A DNA stretch of 63,509 nucleotides, filler included, from Choristocarpus tenellus KU-1152 (GCA_964200185.2; 14 parts of 14 records of this genome joined end to end with filler, not necessarily neighbours in it); one strand, 5' to 3'. Counted from the whole stretch's first letter, positions 40,829 to 53,070 are shown. Program-made: numbers and translations. The notes: generated by a model from the letters alone, not told the origin.

Positions 40829-40882
40829 TGACTAGAAATCAATTGCGGTTTCCGCGCGCAGGTTCGAGTCCTGCCGTCGTCG
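40829..40882 (+). tRNA. tRNA-Ser(AGA), 3' two-thirds (5' end lost at the contig start)
   Basis: TGA-CTAGAAA-TCA anticodon arm, long variable arm GCGG-TTT-CCGC, T-arm GCAGG-TTCGAGT-CCTGC and acceptor strand CGTCGTC-G. Confidence 0.9.
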
Positions 40883-41599
40883 TGGAACATGGCAAGGGTC
40901 CCTATCTCTTAGGTTACATTTTTCCTTTTGCTTTCCCTACTATTCAAATATTTTGATCCTTTGTCCACTTGATCCAATTCATTATTGGGATTGTGTTGAA
41001 AAATACAAACTGTAATTCACACTAGCTTGACCAAGGGTTCCCCCTCAGGGCCCGTGATCGAAAGAGGTCAGGAGGAATCCCTCGACTCATGTCTCTGAAT
41101 GAAGAGAGTCCACAAGTTAGACTCGTCTCTTTAAGAGATTCTATGAAATCTGTCTTGGAGATCCTCCACTGGATCCAGGATTCCTGAACAAAATACGACC
41201 TGACGGTATATAGTATAAGGCAACAATAGTATGATAACAGACAACCCTGCTTTTCACAGGAGTAGTAGTATATATTATTATGCCCTCTGACATTTTGCAG
41301 ATGTGTCAGGGGGAAACCAATGAAAACTATATACATATGTGTATATAAAATGTCCTAACAGGAGTTGTATCATTATGATATATAATATACAATAGAATAA
41401 TATTTTTATGCCCACTCGCATGTTCCAGAGATTGTCATGTAGGAAAAAGAAGAAAGAAGAAAGTTAAGGAAATTAAACTACTAACACAATGTATGAATCG
41501 TGTGATTCTGTGGCGTTGTGGTTCACATAGGCAAGGGTAGTGAAGAAATCACTGTGCAAGACGGACCAGACGGACCAAGATGAACCGTAACCAAGAGGA

Positions 41600-42340
41600 C
41601 GAGGTTAATGGACACCAGGAGAGAAAGGGAAGAGCATCTTCGCCAGGTGTTCATCCGAGACATAGATGGATGTGAGCACTGTGAACAAAAATGGAATGCA
41701 GACCGCATTCCACTCTGATCCTTTTGGTTGCATTTATTAGAACATGGATCCCGCAACTCCCATTACCAATGGCTACCCCATGTATCGAAGGAATGATTAA
41801 GGAAGGAAAACCCTACCCCCTCTCGCTCATATAGACCTTGAATGACACTCCTACGCTCTCCAGTGAGTTGTGAAATTCCTCAGAATGTTTGCCTAGATTC
41901 CACTCCCTTGCAGCTTGAGAGGGACATTTTTGACCCAAAGTGTCTGGGAGGGGGGGGGAGGCCTATACCAGGGTGTCTATTCGGACCAAAATAAGGAAAA
42001 GTGCATATATAGTATCCATCCGACGTATGCAACCAAATCACACAAAAATCGCGACATGAATAAATTGACCCCAAAAGGACAGTCGCCACCCCCTCCCAGA
42101 TACTTTGAGCCTTCTACACGGGAACAGTGGATGCAAACCGACATAGAGCTCCACAGTGTTGTCTGACGACCATGCAAGACTGCCAGGGCTTGCAGTGGGT
42201 TGGGGAGTGATAAGAATCTGACGAGAGGGGGATCATCGCAAATGTCAAGACGTGACAACAAAGAGAATGTTTGGTGTATGACATCTCGGATTGAAGAGAT
42301 GTCTACTACTTGTGGGATTGATCTCTTGAAAGATTCCACA
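41600..42340 (+). mobile_element. Possible decayed Ty3/gypsy RT-RNase H remnant
   Basis: REEHLRQVF (post-YxDD motif) and, after the MITE, MQTD...KNLT; heavily degraded. Confidence 0.3.
41932..42111 (-). mobile_element. MITE family A, complete
   Basis: TIRs GACCCAAAGTGTCTGGGAGGGG / CCCCTCCCAGATACTTTGAGCC; flanks TTTT/TTCT. Confidence 0.92.
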
Positions 42341-42357
42341 CCTCAATTGTTTATATT

Positions 42358-42960
42358 ATTATGCCCTCTGACATTTTGTAGATGTATCAGGGGAAAAAAC
42401 AGTGAAAACCATTCAAATGTCAGAATAATGCCCAAAGAAGTAGCAGTTGTCGTAAATGCGGTTCAAAGTATCTGGAGGGGGTGGCCTCTATCCATTTGGG
42501 GTCAATTTTTCATGTTACTATTTCTGTGTGATTTGATTGCATACATTGGATGGATAATGTAAGTGCACTTTTCCTGATTATTATCAAAATTGACATCACA
42601 GTGTAGGCCTCCCCCTCGTCCCTAGATACTTTGGGCCTGTGAAAGATATTAAATATATTCACTCTTTTGCTACCAGCTCATGCTACACAGCTGCTCTCCT
42701 GTACCTCCAACCTAGCTTAGTCCTGCACCCCAGGGTGAGGAGGTAGAGAAGCATCCCCAAGAATCGAACAAACCCCTCCTTGCCCATGTCACTGGTGTCT
42801 CCATCTTAAAACGTATGACACATCTAGAGAGGGCTACTTGTGTTGCGACAGAGACTATCTGTCGTAGACGGGATTTGACAGCCCCTTTCCTGTTGCAGCC
42901 TCCTGCCCCTCTCCCCACTACCGCGCGCGTAGCTGTTACAGCATGCTCCAAAGCTTACCT
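42358..42960 (-). mobile_element. 5'-truncated RLE non-LTR retrotransposon (3' end), interrupted by a MITE
   Basis: RKGAVKSRLRQIVSVATQVALSRCV C-terminus, shared 3' UTR and terminal hairpin. Confidence 0.8.
42460..42637 (+). mobile_element. MITE family A nested in the retrotransposon 3' UTR
   Basis: TIRs GGTTCAAAGTATCTGG / CTAGATACTTTGGGCC and the family internal sequence. Confidence 0.9.
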
Positions 42961-43215
42961 CCACGGGATGTATAGCTCCAACCCACAGGACTATAGATGG
43001 CGATGATGCTGTACAGGATTCCTGGGATACTCCAACAGTCAAAAGGTCCAACGAGAATGGTGAATGTCAGGTCAGCAGATGAAGGCATACTCTGAATCAA
43101 TGAGAATGTATTAGGAATGAACTTCAGGGTGTGAGAAATGTGCTTCTCTTCCTTCGTCATTTATTTATTCTGGTTTACCTTGTTGTATTACATCATAAAA
43201 CCGTTGCATATATTC

Positions 43216-44650
43216 TCAGGTTACACTTCTTACTCTGTAACTTTGAGCAAATCGGAGTTGCCTTTTCCGGGTTCCACACGCACGTACACTGCTCGAACTG
43301 GTTAGAGCACGGGAAGAAATACTTGCTCTATTTGCCTGTAACATGGTTAACTCATCCAGAAATAAATCCGCTCGCTTACCGAGGCGCCCCAAAATTTCCA
43401 CTATCAAGGTGTTGAAGTTATAACTACAGGAGTCAAAAGGGCCCTCGTAGTGGGTGCGCTTTCGCACATCTGCTGTAGCAGCAGCTACACCATTGCTGGT
43501 GTATAAGTGTGGAAGGTGAGATGCTACCCGCACTTCTGCAACGCAACATCTACAAGGAGTCCTTTGTCCTGCTTGGAAGCTGATCTGGCGTCCACAAGCG
43601 CCTCGGCATGGAAGACGAGATCCATGCGGAAATTCCCGTTGACTGTAAATGGACTACCATCCTCCGTAGTGCAAGGGATGCCCATTCCTTTTGCAGAGTT
43701 GACCTAGATTCTTCACCATCGGAGTGTGTTGGCGAGCCTGTCCTCCTGTCCTAGGAAAGGCACGTGCATGCCTTGTGTCTACATGTTGCCTCCTGCACCC
43801 AACCGCCGGGCACCTGTTCAATAGGGCCTCCTCCCTCCCTTGGGATCTGCTGGTAGTGAGTCTAAACTCTATGGGAGGGGTCTGGCATGCTGGATCCAGC
43901 GGTTGTGTTTAGGCCCAGGCATTTGCCCCTTGTTCACACTGGCTCCGGTGGTGTGCCAGGGCTAGTGAGGAGCTTTCCTTCCCTTGTTCCACTTCATCAG
44001 GTAAGGCGACCAATTGCGTCCGGTAAGAGTCAAAGTGGATCCTGTTTAGGAGGCGGGTGATCTCATGTTGTGCCCTCCTTGTGCTCCTGATGCCAGATCT
44101 TGGGCTGCCAGAGTGTGGACCTCTGGGGAAGGTGTGAGGGTTGTTGTTCCCTCCCAGGCTACCCAGCCTAGGTAAAAAATTTCCGCCAAGTTTTCTGAAG
44201 GGACTCCAGTGGAGAGGAGGGTGTGGATGGATGATCCCAGGGCCCTTGCTGTGGAGCAAATACAGATGGTTTATGATAAAGACTCTACATGAGACCCTTG
44301 TTACCTTGCAAAAAGGGTGGGGAGAATAGCCACCAGTGATCCTACGAAGGCTGCATGTTGGCGATGCTTCATAGAGGATAGGCCCAACCCCCTCGAACTT
44401 GTGGGCACCTGTGCCTATACTTGTTGGTATGTCTCCAGGCGGAGATACCTATTGTCACCCCCCCCTTCAAAGAAGTCAGTCGCTCCCGCTGAGTCTGGTA
44501 CCTCCATTATCTTCTCTAGTGTCCATAGTGAGGTATTGTCTGCTTGCTCCATAGTGGAATGTGCCAGGTGGGGGGGAGGAATCTTGGCAAATAGACTAAA
44601 CGGGTGGAGAGGGACCAGGAGTTGAGGAGCCAGGCCAACTTGTTTGTCCT
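43216..44650 (-). mobile_element. RLE-type (CRE-like) non-LTR retrotransposon pseudo-ORF: RT thumb, Zn knuckle, restriction-like endonuclease
   Basis: AQVPTSSRGLGLSS..AAFVGSL; CPAVGC..HARA; FRMDLV..LLVDV; ADVRKRTHY; VEILGRLG. Multiple stops and frameshifts. Confidence 0.85.
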
Positions 44651-44750
44651 NNNNNNNNNNNNNNNNNNNNNNNNNNNNNNNNNNNNNNNNNNNNTTAATT
44701 AATTAANNNNNNNNNNNNNNNNNNNNNNNNNNNNNNNNNNNNNNNNNNNN

Positions 44751-45611
44751 ATGTACTGCTCTACACATAAGGTGGATGGCATGGTCAATGTGAGTAGGCC
44801 CCTTTGCCATCACCCAGACTGTGTCCGCCATCCTAGCTTTAATTACGAGGGGGACAGGAAGGCCATGTACTGCTCTGCACATAAGGTGGATGGCATGGTC
44901 TCTGTGAAAGGGAACGTATGCCATCACACAGGATGTTCTCGCGCATCTTACTTTGGTAATGAGGGAGACAGGAAGGCCATGTACTGCTCTACACATAAGG
45001 TGGATGGCATGGTCAACGTGAGGAGCCGCCTTTGTCATTACCCAGACTGTGTCCGCCATCCTATCTTTGGGTATGAGGAGGACAGGAAGGCCATGTATTG
45101 CACTACACATAAGGTGGGTGGCATGATCAACGTGAAAGGGAACGTATGCCATCACATGGGATGTGCTCGTGCACCTTGCTATGGGTATGAGGGAGACAGG
45201 AAGGCCATGTACTGCTCTGCACATAAGGTGGATGGCATGGTCAATGTGAAAGGGAACGTATGCCATCACACAAGATGTTCTCGCGTATCTTACTTTGGTA
45301 ATGAGGGAGACAGGAAGGCCATGTACTGCTCTGCACATAAGGTGGATGGCATGGTCAATGTGAGGAGCCGCCTTTGTCATCACCCAGACTGTGTCCGCCA
45401 TCCTATCTTTGGGTATGAGGGGGACAGGAAGGCCATGTATTGCACTACACATAAGTTTGATGGCATGATCAACGTGAAAGGGAACGTATGCCATCACATG
45501 GGATGTGCTCGTGCATCTTGCTATGGGTATGAGGGAGACAGGAAGGCCATGAAGGTCATGTACTGTTCTGATCACAAGCTGGATGACATGGTGAATGTTA
45601 GGAGCCCCTGA
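44751..45611 (+). CDS. EsV-1-7-type cysteine-rich repeat protein (5'-truncated by the contig; further repeats follow the stop)
   Basis: About 7.5 tandem 38-aa (114-bp) units GMVNV-x3-4-C-x4-C-x3-PxFG-x-EGDRKAMYC-x2-HK, matching the EsV-1-7 motif of phaeoviruses and brown algae. Confidence 0.9.
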   Translation: MYCSTHKVDGMVNVSRPLCHHPDCVRHPSFNYEGDRKAMYCSAHKVDGMVSVKGNVCHHTGCSRASYFGNEGDRKAMYCSTHKVDGMVNVRSRLCHYPDCVRHPIFGYEEDRKAMYCTTHKVGGMINVKGNVCHHMGCARAPCYGYEGDRKAMYCSAHKVDGMVNVKGNVCHHTRCSRVSYFGNEGDRKAMYCSAHKVDGMVNVRSRLCHHPDCVRHPIFGYEGDRKAMYCTTHKFDGMINVKGNVCHHMGCARASCYGYEGDRKAMKVMYCSDHKLDDMVNVRSP

Positions 45612-46211
45612 TGTCATCAACCAGAGTGTGCTTGCAATCCTAGCTTTGGTCATGAGGGGGTCGAGAAGGCCATGTACTGTGCTGCACATAAGTTTGATGG
45701 CATGATGAATCTAAAAGACGTCCATTGCCATCAAACAGAATGTGCCTCCAAATCTAAGTTGGGATAGTAGGTAGGTGCACAGGTAGACCATGTATTGATA
45801 TGCACATTGACTGGATGGCATGGTGGACATGAAGAGGCCCTGATATCATTGCTCAGAATGTTCCCAGTCTCCTTGCTTTGTTCATGATGGGAGCAGGAAG
45901 ATAGGGTACTACTCTGCACATAATCTAAACAGCAGGTTGGACATACGAAGGCAGTCTGCTGCAATAACCTAGAGTGTGCCTCTTGTGGAGATGTGGTGAT
46001 GATGATCTAGTTTGGATTGGTTCTTGTTTGGGTATGGGGGGAGATTGTGTCTCTCTTCAAGATGGTACTGTTGGGAAGAAGTCATTGATTGTTGCTTTCT
46101 GTGTTGCTGACAATAGGTAGGTGTTTGGTTAGGACCCCTTTCTGTAGGTAAGTGTTAACATGTAATATTGGAGCAGAATAATTGCTGTTACACTATAACA
46201 TTTTAACTTCT

Positions 46212-46473
46212 GATCCAAAGCATTTGAGAGGGTAGTTGGTTTGCCCTGTTTGTCCTTTCGGGACTTGGCTTCAAACGGGTTTTATGCGCCCTCTTTAGGT
46301 TTTCTGTGTGAAAACAGTTGCATAAAATGTGCACGACTATGAAAGGTGTGTCTGGAGCAAGGATATTGACACTTGCTAACAAATACGATGGCCAAAATAT
46401 CATCATAATCGCAACATTGGATTTCTGTACCCCAAACAAAAACACATCCTTACCCTCTCAAATGCTTTGACTC
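46212..46473 (+). mobile_element. MITE family B, divergent subfamily
   Basis: TIRs CAAAGCATTTGAGAGGGTA / TACCCTCTCAAATGCTTTG; internal sequence homologous to 60323-60580. Confidence 0.88.
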
Positions 46474-46899
46474 TCTCCTTAAAGAGTATCACTTTTTCAT
46501 CTTGAGGCGTCTAACATGGATCTTTCTGCATCCCAAAAATGACTCCCACACGAAAAGGGGTTGTCCAATTAGATCTTTTTGGCTGCACTTGAGTACCAAC
46601 TGAACTGTCCTAACCCGTGATCTTTAGGAATAAAGAAGCTACAATGGTTTTTGCCTTGCTTCTTGCACCTTGGAAAGCATTGGCCCACCTCTCATTGACC
46701 TCATCCACCTTGCACCTCTCTCTACTCTCCAGTGGAATCTTCAAGTAGAGTTGCCTATCTTGAGCAGTTGGTCCAATATCACTTCTGCTTCAGCATACCC
46801 TCCTTCAGAGTGGTTTTGCAAGAATGAACGCTATACCAAGTGGCAACACCACCAACACTTGGTTTTCAACACAAAATAGTGAGCTGGGCAAGGTTGACC

Positions 46900-47400
46900 A
46901 TATACAGAGTCGGTCAATGTGGATCATGCAAACCAGATGTTTCTCTGGTGGGAAATGTAACTACTGTGACTGCGATTCCAAGGTCAGAATTCGTTTCATG
47001 AGAGGTGTTGGTTGGTCTTACCCAGACAGTAGGCACAATATTATGTGTGTAGGAGAGAATTGTCATACAAGTCAATAATCCCACGTAATACCTGATGTAT
47101 GTTTACATGGTGATGTCTAGGCCAGGATAGAGACAAAGGGAAATGTACCTGTTTATTATCCCGCTGCAATTATGTATGAGATGGTTCAATTCTACTTGCC
47201 CATCCAGGTGACAAGCGTAAGAAGTCAACATGGGTATGGTAGGCTCGCCTCTGAGCATGAATGATTCAATCAAGCAGATCGTGGAAAGCCATGATAGTAT
47301 TATAGACGATTGTATATTGAACGTTCTGTAAACGAAGTTCAAATGACTGTGTTGGAGGTATAGTGGTATCTCGATATCAACATTTGACAAAATGCAATAT
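46900..47400 (-). mobile_element. Decayed copia RT remnant
   Basis: IILSW..LIESF..EPTIPM and GIINRYISLCLYPGLDI resemble the copia LSQ..TPM and GSLMY..TRPDI motifs. Confidence 0.35.
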
Positions 47401-48337
47401 CATTGATACAAGGCCAGTGCATTCCCATCTACGTAAATACACTGAGAACTCTCTGTACAGATACTTTGATAAATTGAAAGGATTTATGCGCATGCTTTTA
47501 TCGGGAGTGAGAGGAAACGAGATGATTGGTCTATGCTTCAATTTAGCGTTCTAATATATATATATGCAGAACACTTATGTCAGAGTACGCAATGCACTCA
47601 CCCAGGTATGGCTCTTTCACTAGTCAGTGAGTGCAAAATTGTTACATTTGATGGTCAATCTTTAAGAGAACAATATATCAACCACGATATGGTGCAATGC
47701 TCAGAAGAACAAATCCAATAACATACTGCAAGTACCTACGTGTGATTTGTTGAAATATTCCACACTGGACCCGAGGCTTTGGTGCTTCGATGAAAGACAA
47801 TGAATAGTTTGATGTAGATGAGCAAAGTTATATTACAACAGGGCTTATGGTCTCAATTCTGCTGACTGAGAACGTGGGTAAGACCAGTGCAGACTACCAT
47901 GTGGGATTTGCAACGTCCACATGGATAATCAGAAAATAATCATATCTACTTACCATACGTGCCATATATGATATATCAACGGATGAACCAATATCAGGTC
48001 CCTACCATACACGGACTACCATACATGAACGTTGTGTAGAGCTCAACTGAAATATAAGGAAAAAACATTTATCTGGCTCTACCTTTCCTCCATAACTCCA
48101 CCACTTGGTGTCTGCGTTTCCTAATCTACTCCACCGATGGTGTCTATTGTGGATCAGCAGCACTGTCTACGAACATGTTTCCTACGTATCAGATACACAT
48201 ACATAGGTGCAAGACCATCGCTATACTTGATACTTTCAAGTACTGTATGTCCTTCAATTTGACCCTGACCTTAGGTATTCCAAACACTAAAGTCTATATT
48301 ATACCATTAATACTATACATGCATCCTTGACTCTAAC

Positions 48338-48830
48338 TGTTAAAACATAGGCTACTCATTTCTTTGTTCCTTGATAGGATACAGTTCCACAACTCAACAC
48401 TGACTGTTGATTGTTCTGTTACGCTCTGGACGTTACTGTAACAAGTTCATCATCACCACATCAATTCCATCAGAACGCAGTAGTACAGAACAGTCGCTTT
48501 GCGTTCCACACGCAAGAATAGTATAAGTTACTTGAGTTGCATCACACATTGATTCAAGTTTGTTCTCTTGTTCCCTTGTTTGTTTTTCGTCACTCTTTCT
48601 TCTTCTTATCAGCAGAAGATGACAGTTGTAAGTTGATTGTTGATTATTACTTCTTTCATGGCTGCCATTAATCACCCACAATGCACCAAACTCACTTTGC
48701 AAACTGTGTACCAAACACACACATGAATGTAATATAATCAAAGTTAAAACCATCCGCGGAAACCCTTCCCAGCCAAGGTAACAAGCCTCTCCACAGAGCA
48801 TGGTCTTCTTTCGTTGATTTTATCTCATGA
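48338..48830 (-). mobile_element. LTR-like repeat homologous to 25567-26171
   Basis: Shared TGTTAAAACATAGGCTACT terminus and collinear blocks GAACAGTCGCT, GATTCAAG, GTTAAAAC and GCCAAGGT(G/A)ACAA. Confidence 0.6.
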
Positions 48831-49100
48831 AATAAATTAATTCATATCATATCATTCTGGACTGAGAGATCAATGACCTCAGTTAGAACAGAATAAATAT
48901 ATCGGTGCTTTGCAGCACAATCACATCTATCCATAACATAGACTATGCATATCACTCATTGATGCTTTGCAACACCATGATTCTTCGTCGCTCACAGTGT
49001 ACGCATTTTGCTTGCATGTACGATGCATTCGATTCAGGTTTCAACACTACCTCGAACCCTAACCCTGATATTATGTACAGTACTTGTTAGTACTATACTA

Positions 49101-49418
49101 CTACCTCTGTGCCATAGGTTTGTGCTTCGAAACATCTGGGCTTACTGAGCGATAACTGCACTGAATCGGACAATAACCCCATAGAATGAAATCGAGTTGA
49201 TAATCTCAGCTTTCAGACAAGGTGGGGGGGTCGAGGATTATCAGATACAAACTCGAGGTTCTTCAAGCCGTCAAAGTAGGGGTCTTTTGGGGTGATTTTG
49301 AGGCCAGATCTGGGCACATGGAGAGTCAGAACGTCGGCATGGCAACCCCCCCGTCGACCCCCCTGCGTAGGAAGGGTGCCCAAGTGTCCCTGAATACCAG
49401 GGTTGCGCTTGCAGTGTG
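49101..49418 (+). mobile_element. 5' end of a second copy of the 31021-32706 mariner
   Basis: TA|CTACCTCTGTGCCATAGGTTTGTGC TIR and about 320 bp collinear with 31021-31326. Confidence 0.92.
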
Positions 49419-49518
49419 NNNNNNNNNNNNNNNNNNNNNNNNNNNNNNNNNNNNNNNNNNNNTTAATTAATTAANNNNNNNNNNNNNNNNNNNNNNNNNN
49501 NNNNNNNNNNNNNNNNNN

Positions 49519-49652
49519 TTTTCATAATGTATACATTTTACCTACTCCGAAACATTCCGGAGTAGATAAGATGTCATTATAAACCCGTGGGAAGCCAAGC
49601 CCCAAATGGACAAAACAGGGAAAAACTCATACCCTCTAAGATACTTTCACTC
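49519..49652 (-). mobile_element. MITE family B, partial (contig break)
   Basis: Ends in TACCCTCTAAGATACTTTCACTC; near reverse complement of 50769-50900. Confidence 0.88.
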
Positions 49653-50116
49653 AAAAGGCTTTGGGGTTAAGCCCAGTTGACACTATCTCACAATTTGGTG
49701 CTGTTTACATCGTTCAACGTTGTATTTCACACCTCATGTGAGCAATCGTGTTCAGAGGGCACACCTATCTTGTTTTTTGTGACATTACCCTCTCACACTT
49801 GCCATGAATCCAAAAAATCGTTTTTCGCAACAATCTGAAGCCAATATGAAATGCCCTCTTCCCACATAGGAAATCTTTTCGTACAGTGTCAAGCATTGTG
49901 TTGGACCCACATCACATTGCAGGGGCTGGTTTTCATAGCACACAGTGCTTTTACTTTCTCCCAGAGCCTTTGCCTCACATGTGGAGTTCTATGTTGGTCG
50001 GCATGACAATCATTCAGAAGGGCAACTTCATGCATGGACAAGTAAAACCTGTTGAAAAGGAGGAAAATGAGGGTAGCCGTAGACTAGGGAGCACTAGGCA
50101 ACTGGATAGCACACAC

Positions 50117-51743
50117 CTTGGCCTCATTGGCCCCACTCCCTCCAGCACAGATATATTTCCCACCATCTGCTCTGAGGCTGAACTGTGCTGTGTACAGAAG
50201 AGTCGGCTGAGAACCCTGTAGTATTTGAATAGGACATAGCCGGGGGGCCTGCTTGTGAGTGTAGGATGAAAGCAGATGGAGTCCTTCCCAGAGAAGCTCG
50301 TGGCATTGTATATTCTTACAAAGTTCCCATTTAAACTTAGGGTTAGGGCTGGTCATTGTGAGTCAGCGTTGCAAGATAAAACTGTACTGGTTGAATCTGT
50401 ACAGAGCAATTTCGTGAAGACTTGCAGAGCTATGCATTTCTCCAGAGCAAGTAGATACAAGCACCTGTATTTATATGCGCGTCTGCCAACCTTGATTGCT
50501 GGAAGAGTACTGCTTTGACTGGGGAAAAGAAAGGCTGCGTTTGTCACTATCAAGTTTGAGCTAAAGGATTTATGTAGCCAGAGCAACTCAATTTATAGTT
50601 TATGGGGCTTGTTAAAGCACGCGCTCATGGTGTGACAATCCCTGCACCCAATGTGTCACCCATCAAGTGTGGACTGCCAAGCCAATCATTCCATTGCCTG
50701 CACCTGAGACCTTTCCGAAGGCATGATCTTTCAAAGGTTGTCAAAACTTCATTAACCCACTTCTGTATGAGTGAAAGTATCCTAGAGGGTACGAGTTTTT
50801 CCCAGTTTGTCCATTTGGGGCTTGGCTTCCCACGGGTTTTTGATGACATTTTACCTACTCCAAAATGTTTCGGGGTAGGTAAATGTATGCATTATGAAAA
50901 AGTGTGTCCAGAACAAGGATATTGAAATCTCCTAACAAACACAAGGGCAAAAATTACATCAAAATTGCAACATTGTATTTTGGCCCCCAAATAGACGTGG
51001 TTCTACCCTCTAAGATACATTGGCTCATATGGCTGACATGATACAACTGTGAGGTAAAACGACTCCCATAGCATCTCACATTGGGATGGAAGAGCACTCC
51101 CTACTCCTTTTCCTTCATGTTTGGCTCAAAGTATCCGGGGGGGGGGGGATCTACATCAGGGGGTCCAGTTTGGCCACGACCAGGAAAAGTGCACTTACAA
51201 TATTCATCCAATGTATGTAACCAAATCTCACAGAAATTGCGATATGGAAAAATGGGCCCCAAATGGACAGCCACCACACACCTCCAGATACTTCGAGCCT
51301 TTCGTTTTATTTACTTAGGGCTAGGGCTAGGCCAGAACAAAGTTGAAGCAGAGTTCAAAGCATGTACAGCAGAGTTCAAAGCATGTACAGCAGAGTTCAA
51401 AGCATGTACAGCAGAGTTCAACTACGTGCCAAAATCAGAGACTTGCAGGCCTCGAGGTTTTGAACGTATCAATACCCTTTGTCAACCATCCACCTGCAGG
51501 GAAGCAAAGACCCGATATGAAGAGTCCAACGTCCGAGAAGGCTACTCCAAATTACTTCAATATCTTCAATATCTTCAATATCTTCAATATCTTCAATATC
51601 TTCAATATCTTCAATATCTTCCATGTTAGACTTCACACTCATCCCCACAGGTTCTCACCGGAGAACAAGACCGACTCCAAGGCACAGTATCCATCAACTG
51701 ACAGCTCCGGTAGTCCCAAATCTCAAGCGGGTTGTGTGGACGC
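50117..51743 (-). CDS. WD40-repeat protein, two internal exons
   Basis: Exons 51743-51659 ((W)RPHNPLEIWDYRSCQLMDTVPW) and 50215-50117 (LLYTAQFS..GKYICAGGSGANEAK) are in phase with AG/GT ends. Confidence 0.75.
50769..51026 (+). mobile_element. MITE family B, complete, intronic
   Basis: TIRs GAGTGAAAGTATCCTAGAGGGTA / TACCCTCTAAGATACATTGGCTC; flanks GTAT/ATAT. Confidence 0.92.
51123..51299 (-). mobile_element. MITE family A, complete, intronic
   Basis: TIRs GGCTCAAAGTATCCGG / CCAGATACTTCGAGCC. Confidence 0.9.
51347..51620. repeat. Two intronic tandem arrays: 21-bp AGCAGAGTTCAAAGCATGTAC (about 3.5x) and 9-bp CTTCAATAT (about 7x)
   Basis: Directly visible at 51347-51421 and 51556-51620. Confidence 0.95.
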
Positions 51744-52170
51744 CTGCCCAATGACGTGGTACAGTGCAAGGCAAGAGCAACAAACCCAGGAAGTGATGGT
51801 TTTGACGGGGAACAGGTACATCTCCTCCCAACATAGGTGACAGGCAACACCACAAGGAAGTGAGAGATGAAATGCGGGAAGGTGCAGCTATCTCTTTAGG
51901 GTCACATATGTGAATGAGCATATATGTTCAACATACCAATGGTGGATTCAAGTTAAAAAAAAAAAAATGTGTCTTGTACGTGGTTTGGCTATTTCATGAG
52001 TCGGAAAGACTGTCTGATGTTTTCACAAGAATGATTAATGAGAACATACGTGTTATATTTTTCCGTGGAGAACAGTCTTACCGTTTTGCAGGGCAACAAC
52101 ACCGACAAAGATACTGTTCCTCCCATGAAAAAGGGTGTGTTCAAAGTTTTACTCTGGTGACTTCATTGTG

Positions 52171-52201
<31 letters not shown>

Positions 52202-52276
52202 TCCATCTCTGCTGTAGGTGGTGTTTCTGATGATCAACGACTCCCTCTATCTGTTAATATACAGTAGTATGTAGTC

Positions 52277-52369
52277 TAACCTTAACCTTAACCTTAACCT
52301 TAACCTTAACCTTAACCTTAACCTTAACCCTAAACCTAACCCGATCTCTAACCCTAACCCTAACCCTAA
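52277..52369. repeat. Interstitial telomere-like array, (CCTTAA)n grading into (CCCTAA)n
   Basis: Directly visible hexamer run. Confidence 0.9.
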
Positions 52370-52919
52370 CACATACTTGTAAAAGTTTACTCGCTTTCAA
52401 TAAAAAGACATGAGTATTCAAACATCTCCTACTTTCAGGGTGGGTGACTGGCATAACTAAAGTCTTGTGAGCGAGCTTAGTGACCACAGGGTTAAGCAAC
52501 TCACACATGTTCCGCCAAAAAAAAAGCATTTACGTCTCTTGTTCTCCCCTTGATCAACCTTAACCCTAATCCTCAAGACGTTATAGAAAAAAAGGGTCTG
52601 AAACGAATTTGGTTGGCCAAAGCTCGAAGCCCCCACAGGCATGTACACAATCAACCAATTATATATATATATATATGTTTCAACCAATAAAAGACATCCA
52701 AGCAATAAGGAGGACCAGATACAACACATGACTGCATGAATATTTGACCTAAAGTGTCTTGGGGGGGGCNNNNNNNNNNNNNNNNNNNNNNNNNNNNNNN
52801 NNNNNNNNNNNNNTTAATTAATTAANNNNNNNNNNNNNNNNNNNNNNNNNNNNNNNNNNNNNNNNNNNNAAATCATGAAAATTTGCTGAACACAAAATGA
52901 GGGGGGAAAAGAACGAAGG

Positions 52920-53070
52920 GAGTCTACACCATGGTGTCCATCTGGGCCATAACCAGGAAAAGTGCACTTAAATTATCCATCCGATGTATGCAACCAAATC
53001 ACCGAAAAATCGCGACATGAAAAAATTGGTCCCAAACGGGCAGCCGCCACCCCCCAGATAAATTTGGTCA
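52920..53070 (-). mobile_element. MITE family A, degraded
   Basis: GGTGTCCATCTGGGCCATAACCAGGAAAAGTGCA..AATCGCGACATG..CCCCAGATA. Other end fragments at 25450-25483, 52746-52769 and 55957-56011. Confidence 0.85.

Noticed and set aside
45609-45611. Selenocysteine UGA
   Set aside because: The position corresponds to a non-Cys residue in the other units, no SECIS was recognised, and CGA to TGA is simpler.
44703-45689. 328-aa minus-strand ORF
   Set aside because: Antisense shadow of the EsV-1-7 repeat frame.
52277-52369. True chromosome telomere
   Set aside because: Short, degenerate and flanked by non-telomeric sequence on both sides.
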